In this document: one piece after another, positions 24,482 to 36,235 of the stretch
Numbering within the stretch: position 1 is the stretch's first letter
Layout of the letters: the number at the start of each line of letters is the position of its first letter
NCBI RefSeq assembly: GCF_016433145.1
Contig: NC_058131.1
Span: 244,211,865-244,275,864, forward strand
Direction of reading: 5' to 3'
Origin: Gracilinanus agilis
Lineage: Eukaryota
DNA: 64,000 nucleotides
Notes under the pieces: model-generated
Seen by the model: the letters and a program-made list of their open reading frames with translations, nothing else
Told to the model about the DNA's origin: nothing
Databases searched by the model: none
Made by a program: the position numbers and the translations under genes

Positions 24482-26087
24482 GTAAAATTGAGATCTTCAG
24501 TCAATTAGAGTCTGCAGGTGGAAAGATCAATAAGGAGAGGACCGTTCCAGTGGAAGAGGACATGGATGAAGAGGAGGATTCAGGAATTAATGGACATTAT
24601 ACTAAGATTGATAAACTTATAAAATGAACTGATAAAAGACTTTGTTTCAAAAGGAATTTGGGTAATGTAAATAGTATCACTATATATTCATATGCATACA
24701 TCAGTACATATGAAGGAGTGGTAATTATATGTAGTGACAACTATCAAGAATGGAGGAGAAAAGGAAAGAGAAGATTTCTTCAGGAACATCATAAGAAGAA
24801 AGGAGATTTGAAGTTTTTGTAGGTATCATACATCCACCAGTAACATATTGCAACACAACATAAGAAAATAATATAACTAAACAGATACACAAAACATAAA
24901 CAAATTAGGATACATTGATTCACTACATGAGTGAATAAAACAATGTATAAATACTAACAAAATTAGAAATAGCTATAGGATAAGTAAGTACTAACAAAGG
25001 ATAGTTAGTTACTAATAACAAATAACTTTATTTAGTTAGATTTAGACTAATATATTAATAATTTAGGGATAGTATAGAAGAGTTTAGTGAGATAGGGAAT
25101 AGTATTTAGATTAGATTAGAGCAGCGATGGGCAAACTAAAGCCCGCTGGCCAGATGCAGCCCCCTGAAATGTTCTATCCAGCTGTGAGACATTATTCCTA
25201 ATCTGATAAATACAATGAGTAGGATATAATACAATGAAACTTCGAAAGAGTTGCCTTAGAAACAGCCTGAGAGGTGAGCATTTCCTTTCCTTTGACCCCC
25301 TCTTTAAAAAGTTTGCCCATCACTGGATTAGAGAGTAAGATAAGGTACTAATGTACATTACACTACAACGAACATAACAAAAATGCATCGCATGAAGAAC
25401 ATAACATACCACAGATCACATATTACAAAATAATGTAAATAGATATGTAAATAAGTGTAAATAGTGTGTACATATTGTAAAGTGCATAACAGTGTATTGT
25501 ATACATGTAAAGTGTGTAAATATGTATACTTGATCTGTGCATGTGTATGTATAACATGCATATGCGTGTTGTGTATGTTGTGTGTATCATATGTATATGT
25601 GTGCATGTGTAAATTTTTAAGTAATTTTAATTGAGTTGAAAACATTTAAATGTAATTTGCATAAGCAAGTTTAAGGTATTGGTTTAATTTTGATGTAAAA
25701 CTTATGCAATGTTGTGTTAAATGTATATTTTTCAAAATTTTGCATTTCAATAGTTAGTAGAATTTTCTGTATTAGTTAATGACTCATAACTAATTTTAGA
25801 GAGTGATGTCTAATGTTTTGCTTGAACTTTGTGTTTATATTTCAATTTTGTTGAAAATTTGGTTTGTATTTGTTACTTTATACTTTGAACTATGTAATTG
25901 TTCATTGTAAATTTCCTTTTACCATTCCTTGTTGAATCCCTAGAGTAAGGTAGTGCTACATAAGGTAAGATAAGAGTAAGTGTAGGTTACTTGTTATTTT
26001 GGGTTAGAATTTTAGTTTTGCTCATAGTGCACAAATACCAAAATATTGTGTGGAACACTATTTTGACTTTGTGTAAAGGGGGGGAAC
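24482..26087 (+). mobile_element. ERV/LTR-element 3' internal region ending in a polypurine tract (interrupted by a MITE)
   Basis: PPT aaagggggggaa at 26075-26086 directly before an LTR start TGTTATAAG. A short acidic reading frame ends at 24627, then a long AT-rich tract. Confidence 0.65.
25122..25325. mobile_element. hAT MITE family A, copy 2 (204 bp)
   Basis: TIRs cagcgatgggcaaac / gtttgcccatcactg; perfect TSD GATTAGAG. Confidence 0.93.
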
Positions 26088-26903
26088 TGTTATAAGTAAT
26101 TTGTAAGATAGAAATAAATTTAAGATAGGTAACAGACAGACCAAAGCAGAAACCTGGCTGGGATTATGGACATTCTAATATAGAATGCAGAGAGGTTTGT
26201 GATGAGAGAGACTTGGCAGTGGCTGGCAGGAGTTATCCTGGAGGAGTGTGGTGGTGGTATCCAGTCAACCGAGCCTCTACAGCCTGTGGTTATTTGGGAT
26301 CTAAAGATAGGAGTGAACATCAAGCAAGCGTAGGTTGAGTGAAAGATACTATTCTGCTTGTGGTAGACAAACAAGCAGATAGCTTTTTACTCCCTAGAGC
26401 CCTTTCTAGACTTACTTGCTGTACAAGGATTTAGTTCCTGTGTCCTATCTACATCTGAGGATCATCTTGGACAAGTGGTGTGAGATTCCCAAAGTTTCCA
26501 GCCCCTCTCCAGGTTTAGCCAGAGCTGGCTGTCTGTTTAGTTGAATAGGGAAAGCCAGCTTAAAACCAACATTCTAAATGATAGTTGGAACCTTTTCTGA
26601 GAGTTAGAAATCCTACACCCTCCTTCCCTTCCTTACCAAGCATTAAACTTAATTTTATAAAGCTTCCTGTTTGTTCTCTACACCAAGAGCCCACATATCC
26701 CAATACAGCTATTTGTTATCCCTAGCTAGTTTGTTATAGCAGTAACTGACAAGTACCCAGTTAAACTGTTTTCTCATTCCCCAAATCCCCTATTTCTTTT
26801 ATTTAGTTTAATCCTCTCATTCTTGTCCCTAGTGGGGTTTGTGTGTGTGTCTACTGTGTTTATTTCCCTGAGTGACTCCAGTCCTACACTCTGCCTTTTT
26901 ACA
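26088..26903 (+). mobile_element. 3' LTR of the ERV remnant
   Basis: Follows the PPT; TG...TTTTACA termini; ATTAAA at ~26642. Confidence 0.7.
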
Positions 26904-26904
26904 A

Positions 26905-27526
26905 TATAGAATAGAAGAAAGGTAACTTTGGATAGGAAGACTCAAGTATCATGGGGAACAACTTTTAATAGGTACCACTGAAGTGAAATTTGAAGGAATC
27001 CAGAGATATCAAGAGGCAGAGCCAAGGAAGGTCAGCATTGCAGCCACCTGGTGCAGTCAGTACAAAGGCATGCAGGCAGAAAATAAAAATGTCATTACTG
27101 AAAGTAATCTATTATTGCTAGGCCAGAGAAGAAGTGAAGGACATACAACACTGGAAAGGTAGAAAGAGACCAGTTGTGGAAAGTCATAAAGCAGTGGCTT
27201 TATATTTGATTCTAGAGATATTAGAGAGCCATTAAAGTTTATAGAGCAAGAGGGTGGCATGGTGCACTGGTATGCACTTCAGATTACAATATGTCCTAAG
27301 ATAAGAGCCCCTTTCACTATGCTTACTACATAAGCCTGGCAGACAAGCACCCTAAGTTTCATCACTGACTCCCAATGAGCAATAATAGAATGTGGGAGAA
27401 TGGATTGGACTGAAGAGACTTGAAGCAGGAAGACCATGTAGCGCCTAAAAATAGTCCAGGCAATAAGTGATGAAGGTTATTTGAGGCAAGAAGTAGTGGC
27501 TGACTGAAGAAAATTTAAAAAAAAAA

Positions 27527-27569
<43 letters not shown>

Positions 27570-28330
27570 GGCAAGTGAAAGTGAAAGTGTCAAGAAGGAC
27601 AGAACCTGCAAACCTGGGAGATTAGGAGGCTGGTGATGTTTTCTATAGTGATGAAAGTTTGGAAGAAGGGAAAAGTTTTAAGGGAAAGATCTGTTTTGGA
27701 CATGTTGAGTTTGAGATGCCTACAGGACATGTAGATCAAATGTCTAGTAGGCAACTAGAGATGATCAGAAGATAAACCAGGCCTAGCTATATAGATCTGG
27801 GAATCATTAGCATAAAGAGGCTACTAAACCTGTGACATCACTGAGGGACGGTATACAGAGAAACAAAGAAAAAAGAACCATAATGGAGCATTCAGGGATA
27901 CTCAGAGAAAGTGACAAGGATAAAAATGAATAAGAAAAATAAGTCAAACAAAATGGAGGAGAGTTAACATCACAAAAACCTAGAGAGGAGAAAAAAGTGT
28001 GATTAATAATATCAAATGGAAGGGAGGTCAAGAAGAAAGAGGATTGAGAAAAGGCTGTTAAGTTGAACAATTAAGATATCAACAATTTCAGTTGAAAGAT
28101 GACATTTGAAGCTAGGGAAAGTAGGGTTTTAGAAAAGAGTGAGAACAAAGTGGAAGACAGTGAGTATAGATTACTTTTTAAAGAAGTTTGGAAGAGCAGG
28201 GAGAGATATAGTATAACAGCTGGCAAAGAAGATAAGACCAAGTGAAATTTTTGAGAGTAGAGGCATGCTTGTAGGAAGAAGAAAAGACAGCCAGTAGATA
28301 TGGGAAGATTAAAGACTAGAGAGAAAAAGA
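26905..28330 (-). mobile_element. LINE-2 remnant, interrupted by a 127-bp insertion and (CA)n
   Basis: ttttggacatgttgagtttgagatgcct L2 hallmark in antisense. Confidence 0.85.
27262..27388 (+). repeat. 127-bp copy of 28762-28888 (125/127 identical), exactly 1500 bp upstream
   Basis: Direct comparison; mismatches only at 27339 and 27347. Confidence 0.95.
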
Positions 28331-29029
28331 GAGTCGGAATAACAATAAAGACAAACCACAAGAGAAGCATTCTTTCCACTATTTTATGCTCCACATTTTA
28401 CCCAATGCTAAAGGTGAAGGAAGAAACAACCCAGAGATGCATATGCCTTGACATGTGTCTGATCTGAACCGGAGCTTTCTTGTTCATTGATCCCTATTTC
28501 CAACTCAGGTTTTCTTGCTGTTCCTAGAACTTAAAACCAATTCAATCGACAAACAACTATTTATTGTTGAGCATCTATAATGTGTTCAATATCATGTTAT
28601 GTTAAGTGACACATTGCAGGTGTAGTACCCCTAGATTGATCTCTTATACTGCTGGCCTCTTTAACCTATATCTCTTCCATTAGGGGGTGACAAGAATACC
28701 CAAGGAAAGAGCAAGTGTCTGCCCTGCAAACCTTCAAGATCATCCTTCACCATGTCCTCACGTGCACTGGTATGCACTTCAGATTACAATATGTCCTAAG
28801 ATAAGAGCCCCTTTCACTATGCTTACTACATAAGCCTGACAGACAATCACCCTAAGTTTCATCACTGACTCCCAATGAGCAATAATAGGCACATCATTTA
28901 CATTACTTTCTGATTGTGCTTCTAAGAGAATGAACATCACAAATAAAGATTTTAAGAAATGAGAAAAAGAAATCTTGGACACAGTTGTTTGGTGGGAAAG
29001 TCAGAAAAGTCTTTTCAAGGAGGTAGCAG

Positions 29030-29235
29030 GAGTGGCTAGGTGGCTCAGTGAATTGAGTCAGTCTTGAAGACAGGAGGTCCTGGGTTCAAATTTGACCTCA
29101 GACACTTTTGAGCTACATGATCTGGGCATGTCCCTTATACCTTATACCTAGCTCAGCCCTTATTACTCTTCTGCTTAGGAACTGAAATTTAGTAAAGAAT
29201 CTAAGACAGAAGGGAAGGGTTAAAAATAAAACAAA
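29030..29235 (+). mobile_element. SINE1_Mdo-like SINE
   Basis: gtggctaggtggctcagtg...ggaggtcctgggttcaaat...aagacagaagggaagggtt A-tail. Confidence 0.85.
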
Positions 29236-29535
29236 AAAGTGTGTAAATGTAACTACCAAACTCAGTAAAGTATTGGAAAATTATTGTTTAATGGACTGAA
29301 ACAGCACCATAGGGGGAATCTCATATGCAAGGGGGCAACTGGACTTTAGATATAATCATTAAGTTTTTCTCCAGAGAAGTATTCATTTTTATTTCCATGA
29401 CTGAAGATACTATTCTAAGATTACAAGGCAATCATTAGCTAGAAACTAGCAAGAAGCTCAGCTGCAATCTCCACAGGCATAGAGATTAAACAAACTTTCT
29501 AGAGCGAACATTCAATTCAACAAGCATATATATTT

Positions 29536-29785
29536 GTTGCTGTTCTGTCATTTTTCAGTCACTTCTGACTCTTCATGACCCTACTTGAAGTTTTCTTGGC
29601 AGAGATACTGAAGTGGCTTGCCACTTCCTTCTCTAGCTTACTTTTCTTACAGATGAGGAAAGGAGGGTAAGTGATTTGCCCCAGGTCACATAGCCAGTAG
29701 GTGTCTAAGGACAGACTGGAACTCATGAAGATAAGTCTTCCTATCTCCAGGCCTAACACTAACCTCTGTGCCACCTAGCTGCCCC
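29536..29785 (-). mobile_element. MAR1-like SINE (CORE head plus RTE/BovB-derived tail)
   Basis: gttttcttggcagagatactgaagtggcttgcc tail joined to CORE/tRNA head. Confidence 0.85.
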
Positions 29786-30115
29786 AAGCATTTATTAAAC
29801 ACCTAGTATGAGTCACCCATAGACACCAAAAGTCCCTCAAGGCTTAGGAAGCCATGCTTGTAATGTTCTTAAAAGAGACCTCCTATATCCCTGGAAAGGG
29901 GCAAGGTTGTTCATGGGGCCCTCTATTACTACTGCAGAGCTCAAAGAAAATCAAAGACTCCCTTCTCAAGAGTGACTTTCTTTATGACTTTTATTAAGTT
30001 CTTCCAAAACTCTTTAACCTGGTACCTTTTTCCTTCAAAGGTAATTATTCAAGCCAAATTTACCTTTACTAGGAAGAGGACTACTAATCACATGAGCTTC
30101 TTATTGAAAATGTAC

Positions 30116-30250
30116 CTGAGTCATTTACACTGCTATTCCTCCTGGCGTATGCACTCCGAACCACCTGCTCATACACCTGAGCTCCTATTGTTCTCATGTT
30201 GTCTCGGATCAGGATGCCTTGGGCTTGCATCATGAAGAGGTAGGTATTCA
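30116..30250 (-). CDS. B4GALT5: B4GALT5 exon 2 (135 nt, phase 1-1): VNTYLFMMQAQGILIRDNMRTIGAQVYEQVVRSAYARRNSSVNDS
   Basis: Acceptor ttacag|TG AAT ACC; donor TCA G|gtacat; translation matches recalled B4GALT5 stem region. Confidence 0.96.
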
Positions 30251-31739
30251 CTGTAAGAAACAGAAGGAAAAAAAATTAAAGAAAAAGAAGTTAGTTCATT
30301 TGAGAGCTGACATTAAAACTTCACTTTTAGTTTCAGTTCAATAATCAATAAGGTCCTTTCCCAACTTTCTAAAATTCTAAGAGTCTATGTGCCGGGACCA
30401 AGATTTGTAGGGTATCAGCCATTTTGCCTTTAAAATAACTGCCTTCACTCTCTGATTTTAACATTTTGATGATCTGAGGGTAAGCAAGGACACCTAAAGC
30501 TTAGAATGAGCTGAGGCTGCTGAGGGAAGCTCTTGATCAAGTTGACTGCAGGATTTGCCACTTTTTGTCCATGGCAACCTTTAAAAGGAATCTCTTCTCT
30601 AAACATTTGCTTTACTATTGAGAGCATCATACCATCATATTTCCAGTGTCTAAGGTAGGTAAACAAGTTTTTGACTGTGTCCTCTTGCTAATGCCCCTCA
30701 TCCAATGAGCTGTAAAGTCTCAAATTAAAAATGTTTTAGTCTCAGCAATCCTATCTTCATACATCTCACATCTGGTTCCTTTTTTCTAGTCATAGAACTA
30801 CTAATAACCTAGTTGAAGCCCTTTATATCTTTTGCCTTATAAGATTACTTTAGGTCTACTTTGTTATAAATCTTCTTAGTACAAAGGTGTTTGTCATGTC
30901 ACTCCTTTGCTTCAAAAGTTTATGACTTCCTACTGCTCCCAAAGAAACAACCTCTCCAAGAAACAAAACAACCACCAAAAAACAAAAACCAGAAACAAAA
31001 TCGAGTTGTAGTCTGGCATTTCAGTCTTTACACAATCTGGCTCCCACTTGTTTTTCCAGATTTATTTCATGTTACTCTGCACATTCTACATTCTGGCCAA
31101 ACTAGCCTATAAGCTGTTCCTTAAATTCAGCATTCCACCTCCTGTCTCTGTGAATTTGCGCAAACTGCCCTCCATATCTGGAATATACTCTTGCCTCACC
31201 TTCTGCCTCAGTGAATCCCAGCCTCATTCAAGACTCAGTTCTGGCATGCCAACTCCTATTTATAGACTTTGCCACTCTCCTCCATAATTTAGCACTCAGC
31301 CCCTCCTGAAGTTAATTTCTAATATGCGTCTCTGTACATTGAGTCTTCATCCTCCACCCCACCTAGCAAAACATAAGCTTCTTAAGGGTATGGACTATTT
31401 TAGTTTTGTCTTTGTATATCCAGCTCTTAGCATTGTACTTTGAACATGGCAGATATCTGAACAAATGTTGAACTGAATGGAAGTAAAAGAAAACAGGAAT
31501 GTATGGGGGAAAGGACAAAAAAGTCATAGTTGCTGGACACGAAAATGTTAACTAAGGATGCAGAGATAACTTAACTTTCATTATGCTTTCGTTTCCTTGG
31601 AAAGGTTAGAGAAAAAATGTCTAATGGGGAGTTGATACTCAAGGTATAAGGAGTCAGATAAAGAATACCCGGTTCAAGACACCAAGCCCAGATGAACTGC
31701 ATCCCCCTCACGCTCTGACAGAATGGCCTGATGTGACTG

Positions 31740-33920
31740 CTGAAAATCACCAACAGTAAAGCTCTCTAAGAACTGTGATAATAATGGTGGTGCCACAGGA
31801 TGGGAGAAAAACAAGCATCTCTATTTTCAAAATAAGAAATAGTGTGTTGAAATCTACAAACCATCAGCCAATGAGCCTGCATTCAATTAATAGAAATTCA
31901 AGAACATATTATTAAAGGAATAATGTGTGAAAATGTAAAAAGAAAGTATCTTTAACTTATCCCTTAAAATTTTTTTTGCTCCTTTATTGCTTGCTGCCTC
32001 CAACACATACTTATATCTCCCCCATTCCTAATTAAAAAAAAAAAAATCCTCACTAGACCCTACTGTCTCAAGCCATTATACCACCCTTTCATATGTCAAA
32101 CTCCTAAAAAGGAGAACTATCCACTGTGCCATCTAACTGTCCCCCAACTGAAACAACTCCCTCCAAAATTAATAATGAATTTTTTTTTTAAAACCCTTAC
32201 CTTCTGTCTTGGAGCCAATTGGCCAAGGCAGAAGAGTGGTAAGGGCTAGGCAATGAGGGTCAAGTGACTTGCCCAGGGTCACACAGCTGGGAAGTGTCTG
32301 AGGCCAGATTTGAACCTAGGACCTCCCGTCTCTAGGCCTGGTTCTCAATCCACTGAGCTACCCAGCTGCCCAATAATGAATTCTTAATTGCCAAATCTAA
32401 TGATCTTTTTTCAATCCCTATTCTTGACCTCCCTGGGGCATGGCACACTCGACCACTCTCTTCTTTCTGGATTTTCATTAACTTGCTTTCTCTTGGTGTT
32501 CATCCTGCTGCCTATCTGACCTGCCCTCAGGCTCCACTGCTAGATCATCACCATATCACATCCCTTAGCTGTGGATATACTACTCCCAAGGTTTTGTCTT
32601 GAGCCCTCTTCTCTTCTTTCTCCAGACTCTCTCTAGGTGACCTCATCAGCTCCCAAGGCTTTAAGTCACTGTGATGATGACTCCCACATTTACATAGCCA
32701 GCCTTAGTCTCTCTCCTGAGTTCTAGTCCCATATCACTAACTGCTTCTTAGACAGTATATCTCCAATTCATAAAGCACAAAGGTAAACATTATTTCCTCC
32801 TAAGGCCCAAACCCACTCTTCTTTTGAATTTTCCTTTTTCTGTTGAGGGCATTTCCATCCTTCTAAGTCATCCAGGTTTACAATCTCATTTTCATACTCA
32901 ATCCCTCTTCAACTCTTATATTTAATCAGTTGCTAAGTCTTGTCAATTCCACCCAAGATTTCTCCAATATTGTCTTCCTTCCTCTAGTCTCTCCACAGTC
33001 TATTTCATCCTTACAAGGCTGTCAAAGTGATGTTGCTAAAGTTCAGCTCCTATCTGAGCTTTAAATTACAATAAACTACAGTGGCACCCTAATTACTTAC
33101 TAGGATAAAATAAAAATTCAATCTGGCTCCAATCTGCCTCTACGGTCTTTTTATAAATTATCCCCATTCAGCCACTAAATAGTCTCCCAACTATTCTTAG
33201 CACAATGTCTGACAGAAATAATAAATACTTTTTGACCTGACTCTGAATTCTTGCTGTTTCTCACACATGACAATCCATCTTCAGTCTACATGTCTATGCA
33301 TGGGCACTATTCCCTATGCCTGGAATATTCCTTCAGCCTCTTAGGATTCATAGTTACCTTCAAAGCTCAACTCAATGGCCATCTTATACGTGGGGTCTTT
33401 TATGGCCCTTCCAGCTGCTAGCATCTACCCTGATCCTAAAAATTACCTTGCATTTATTTTATGTTATCTTTTTAATATACGTTCTCTCTCCTAACAGAAT
33501 GTAGGCTCATGAGGGCAACAGCTATTTAACTGTTGCCTCTGCTTTCCCCAAATCTTAGCACAAAGAAGTGACTGGCACAAAAAGGTCACTTTTAAAGAAT
33601 GTCTGTTGAATGATTAAAACAATAATTACAACTTTCCCAGTTGACTTCATCTACTATTAAGAGAGCTATTAATCTGAAAGATGGGAAGAATACATGGATG
33701 GCATGTTTATCAAATTTTTGGAAGAAACGAAACTAGGAGAAATAGCTACCATACTGGAAACAAGATCCAAAAATATTCCAACAAGTTTGAACATATGGCT
33801 GAATCTAATAAAAAATCTAAATGAGATAAAAGCAAAATTGTATATAGATTCAAAAATTCCATAAGCATAAAATGGGGAAGGCACTCATAGAAAATAACTC
33901 AGCTGAAAAAAGATTTGGTT
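31740..33920 (+). mobile_element. CR1/L3 ORF2 remnants (~31740-31950, ~33630-33920) split by an L2 (~31960-33560) that itself contains a SINE
   Basis: Degenerate CR1 RT motifs (gagcctgcattcaatt...agaacatattattaaa; ggcatgtttatcaaattt); L2 motifs between them. Confidence 0.6.
32182..32371 (-). mobile_element. Young SINE1_Mdo-like SINE with TSD AATAATGAATT
   Basis: TSD at 32171-32181 and 32372-32382; near-consensus body. Confidence 0.93.
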
Positions 33921-34239
33921 GCAATAAGTGGAATATCATTACGTATTATTGTACTTTAAGAAATGATGAGATGACAGATAAAGAAACATGGAAAGATTTA
34001 CATGAAATGATGTAGAATGAAGGAGGCAGAATCAATACAATTACATACACACACCTACATACAAAATGACTACAACAATGTGAATAGAAAGAATTATAAA
34101 AATCCTTGTTACTAAATTATTAAAAATAAGCCTGTCTTAGAAGAGATAGAAGTCACCCCTACCCCACTCCTTTGTAGATTTAGAAGATCTTATAAGGATT
34201 GCACATTACACAAATTTTCATAAATTTTTTTCAAAAACT

Positions 34240-34630
34240 CTTTACCTTCCATCCTCAAATCAGTATTGTGTATTATTTCCAAGGCAGAAGAGTGGTAAAG
34301 GGAGGCAATGGAGGTTAAGTGACTTGCCCAGGGTCACATAGCTAGGAAGTGTCTTAGGCTAGGTCAGTGGTTCCCAAACATTTTTGTCCTACCGCCCCCT
34401 TTCCAGAAAAAACATTACTTAGCACCCCATGTCACATACTATCACCGTCCCCTTACAGTTATTCACTGCCCCCAAATGCACCTGTGGCCATCACTGCCCC
34501 TCTGGATCACTGCAGCACCCACCAGGGGTGCGGTGGCACCCACTTTGGGAATCACTGGGCTAGATTTTGAACACATAACCTCCTATCTCTAAGCCTCAAT
34601 CTCAATCCATTGAACCACTTAGTGGCCCCC
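34240..34630 (-). mobile_element. CORE-SINE interrupted by a hAT MITE
   Basis: SINE sequence resumes after the MITE (ggctag|attttgaac). Confidence 0.85.
34365..34557. mobile_element. hAT MITE family C (193 bp)
   Basis: TIRs cagtggttcccaaac / ctttgggaatcactg; TSD ggctaggt/ggctagat. Confidence 0.9.
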
Positions 34631-35159
34631 AATTTTCAGACGTTTTAATGTACTGATCAGTTATACTTTTCCCTCTCTCTGTCTCTCAATTACTATTTGC
34701 TATTTGGAACAGCTCTCTGCAAGGGAGTGTGAAAAGAGGGAAGAGATACTAGAGAAAAATATATATGCAAAAAACCCAAAAACAACTTTAAAAAAATGTC
34801 CCTATCCTCATATTATAATCTAGAAAGGATCATAAGAATAGGGCACTATATTCCATAAGGGAAACTAGAATATAGAAGAGATAAGGATGGATTCTGATTA
34901 GTATTCAGGGATGGTTTTACTGAAGAGGAAGCACTGAAGCTAGGCTTGTGAAGGATGAGCAGAATTTCAACAAGAGATAAAGGAGGGTTTTGTAGATAGA
35001 GGTAACTCATACAAGGGCACAGAGGCAAAAAATTTAGGGAATGTCAAGACAATATCAACAGAAAAGAGAAAGCAGTGCTAAGTGGAAGGACAAGGGGTAT
35101 TGGAGGTTGTGGCTGAAATCAGTGTCAAAACTGGAACTATTTAATTATTATGATCAAGT

Positions 35160-36235
35160 ATATGATGTTGTTTAGTAGTGACCCAATGGACCATAGCATG
35201 CCAGGTCCAAATATTGTCCACTATCTCTCAAAGCCTGTCCAATTTCATATTCATTGTTTCCATGACACAATGTATCCATCTGACACTCAGCCATTCTCTT
35301 TTGCCTTCAATCTTTCCCAACAACATAGTCCTAATGAGTCCTGTCTTCTTATGTGGCTAAAGTATCTGAGCTTCAGCTTCAAAATTTTAAGCTTCCAATG
35401 AACAGTCTGAATTAATTTCAAGTATTGACCGATTTGATCTTTTTACTGTCCAAGGAACTCTCAAAGGTCTTCTTAGATACTACAATCATAAAGTGTTTAT
35501 TTGTGGGTTCTCAGTCTTTCTTATCATCTAATTCTCACAGCCATGTTACCACTGGAAAAACCATAGTTTTGACAATACAGACCTATATAGACAATATAGC
35601 AAGGTGATGTCTCTGCTTTTTAGTATGCTATCCAGATTAGCTATAGCTTTCCTTCCAAGGAGCAAGTATCTATTAATTTTATGACTGCAGTCTCTGGTGA
35701 TGTCTGAGCCCAAGAATATAAAATATGGCAGAGCAAAAGGAGCAGAACCAGAAGAACCTTATACACAGAGACAGATACACTGTGGCACAATTGAATGTAA
35801 CGGACTTCTCTACTAGCATCAATGCAATGATCCAGAACAACTCTGAGGGACTTATGAGAAAAAACACATTCAGAGGAGGAACTGTGGGAGTAGAAACACA
35901 GAAGAAAAACATTTCCTTGATGACATGGTTCCATGGGGATAATAGGATTGGGGATGTAGACTCTAAATGATCACTCTAATACAAATATTAATAATATGGA
36001 AATAGATCTTGATCAATGAAACATGTAAAACCCAGTTGAATTACTTGTTGGCTATGGGAGGGGGAGGGAGGAGGGGAGGGAAAGAATACGAATCATGTAA
36101 CCATGGGAAAAAAAAAATATATATATATACACACACACACACATACATACATACACATATGAAAAATCTGACACTGCTTCCATTTCTTCTCCCTCTATTC
36201 TCCAGGAAGTGATAGGACTAGTTGCCAAGATCTTG
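35160..36235 (-). mobile_element. BovB-like RTE LINE 3' fragment (35160-35724 and 36168-36235), split by an L1
   Basis: Reverse complement of gtcaaaactatggtttttccagtggt...gctgaagctcagatactttagccac, typical of the BovB/RTE 3' region. Confidence 0.85.
35725..36160 (+). mobile_element. 5'-truncated L1 3' end inserted in the BovB-like element, with microsatellite-converted tail
   Basis: L1 3' UTR motifs; short aaaat flanks on both sides. Confidence 0.88.

Larger units (their letters stand above)
1950..30250 (-). other. B4GALT5: B4GALT5 gene, exon 2 to inferred 3' end (exon 1 outside window, upstream of 64000)
   Basis: Eight exons (135,114,125,117,188,123,102,148 nt) with GT-AG sites join in one frame. 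The protein has glycosyltransferase family 7 motifs PFRNR, FNRAMLFNVG, DVD and WGWGGEDDD. It ends NITVNLTPELAQVNEY, as I recall for B4GALT5 and unlike B4GALT6. Confidence 0.97.
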
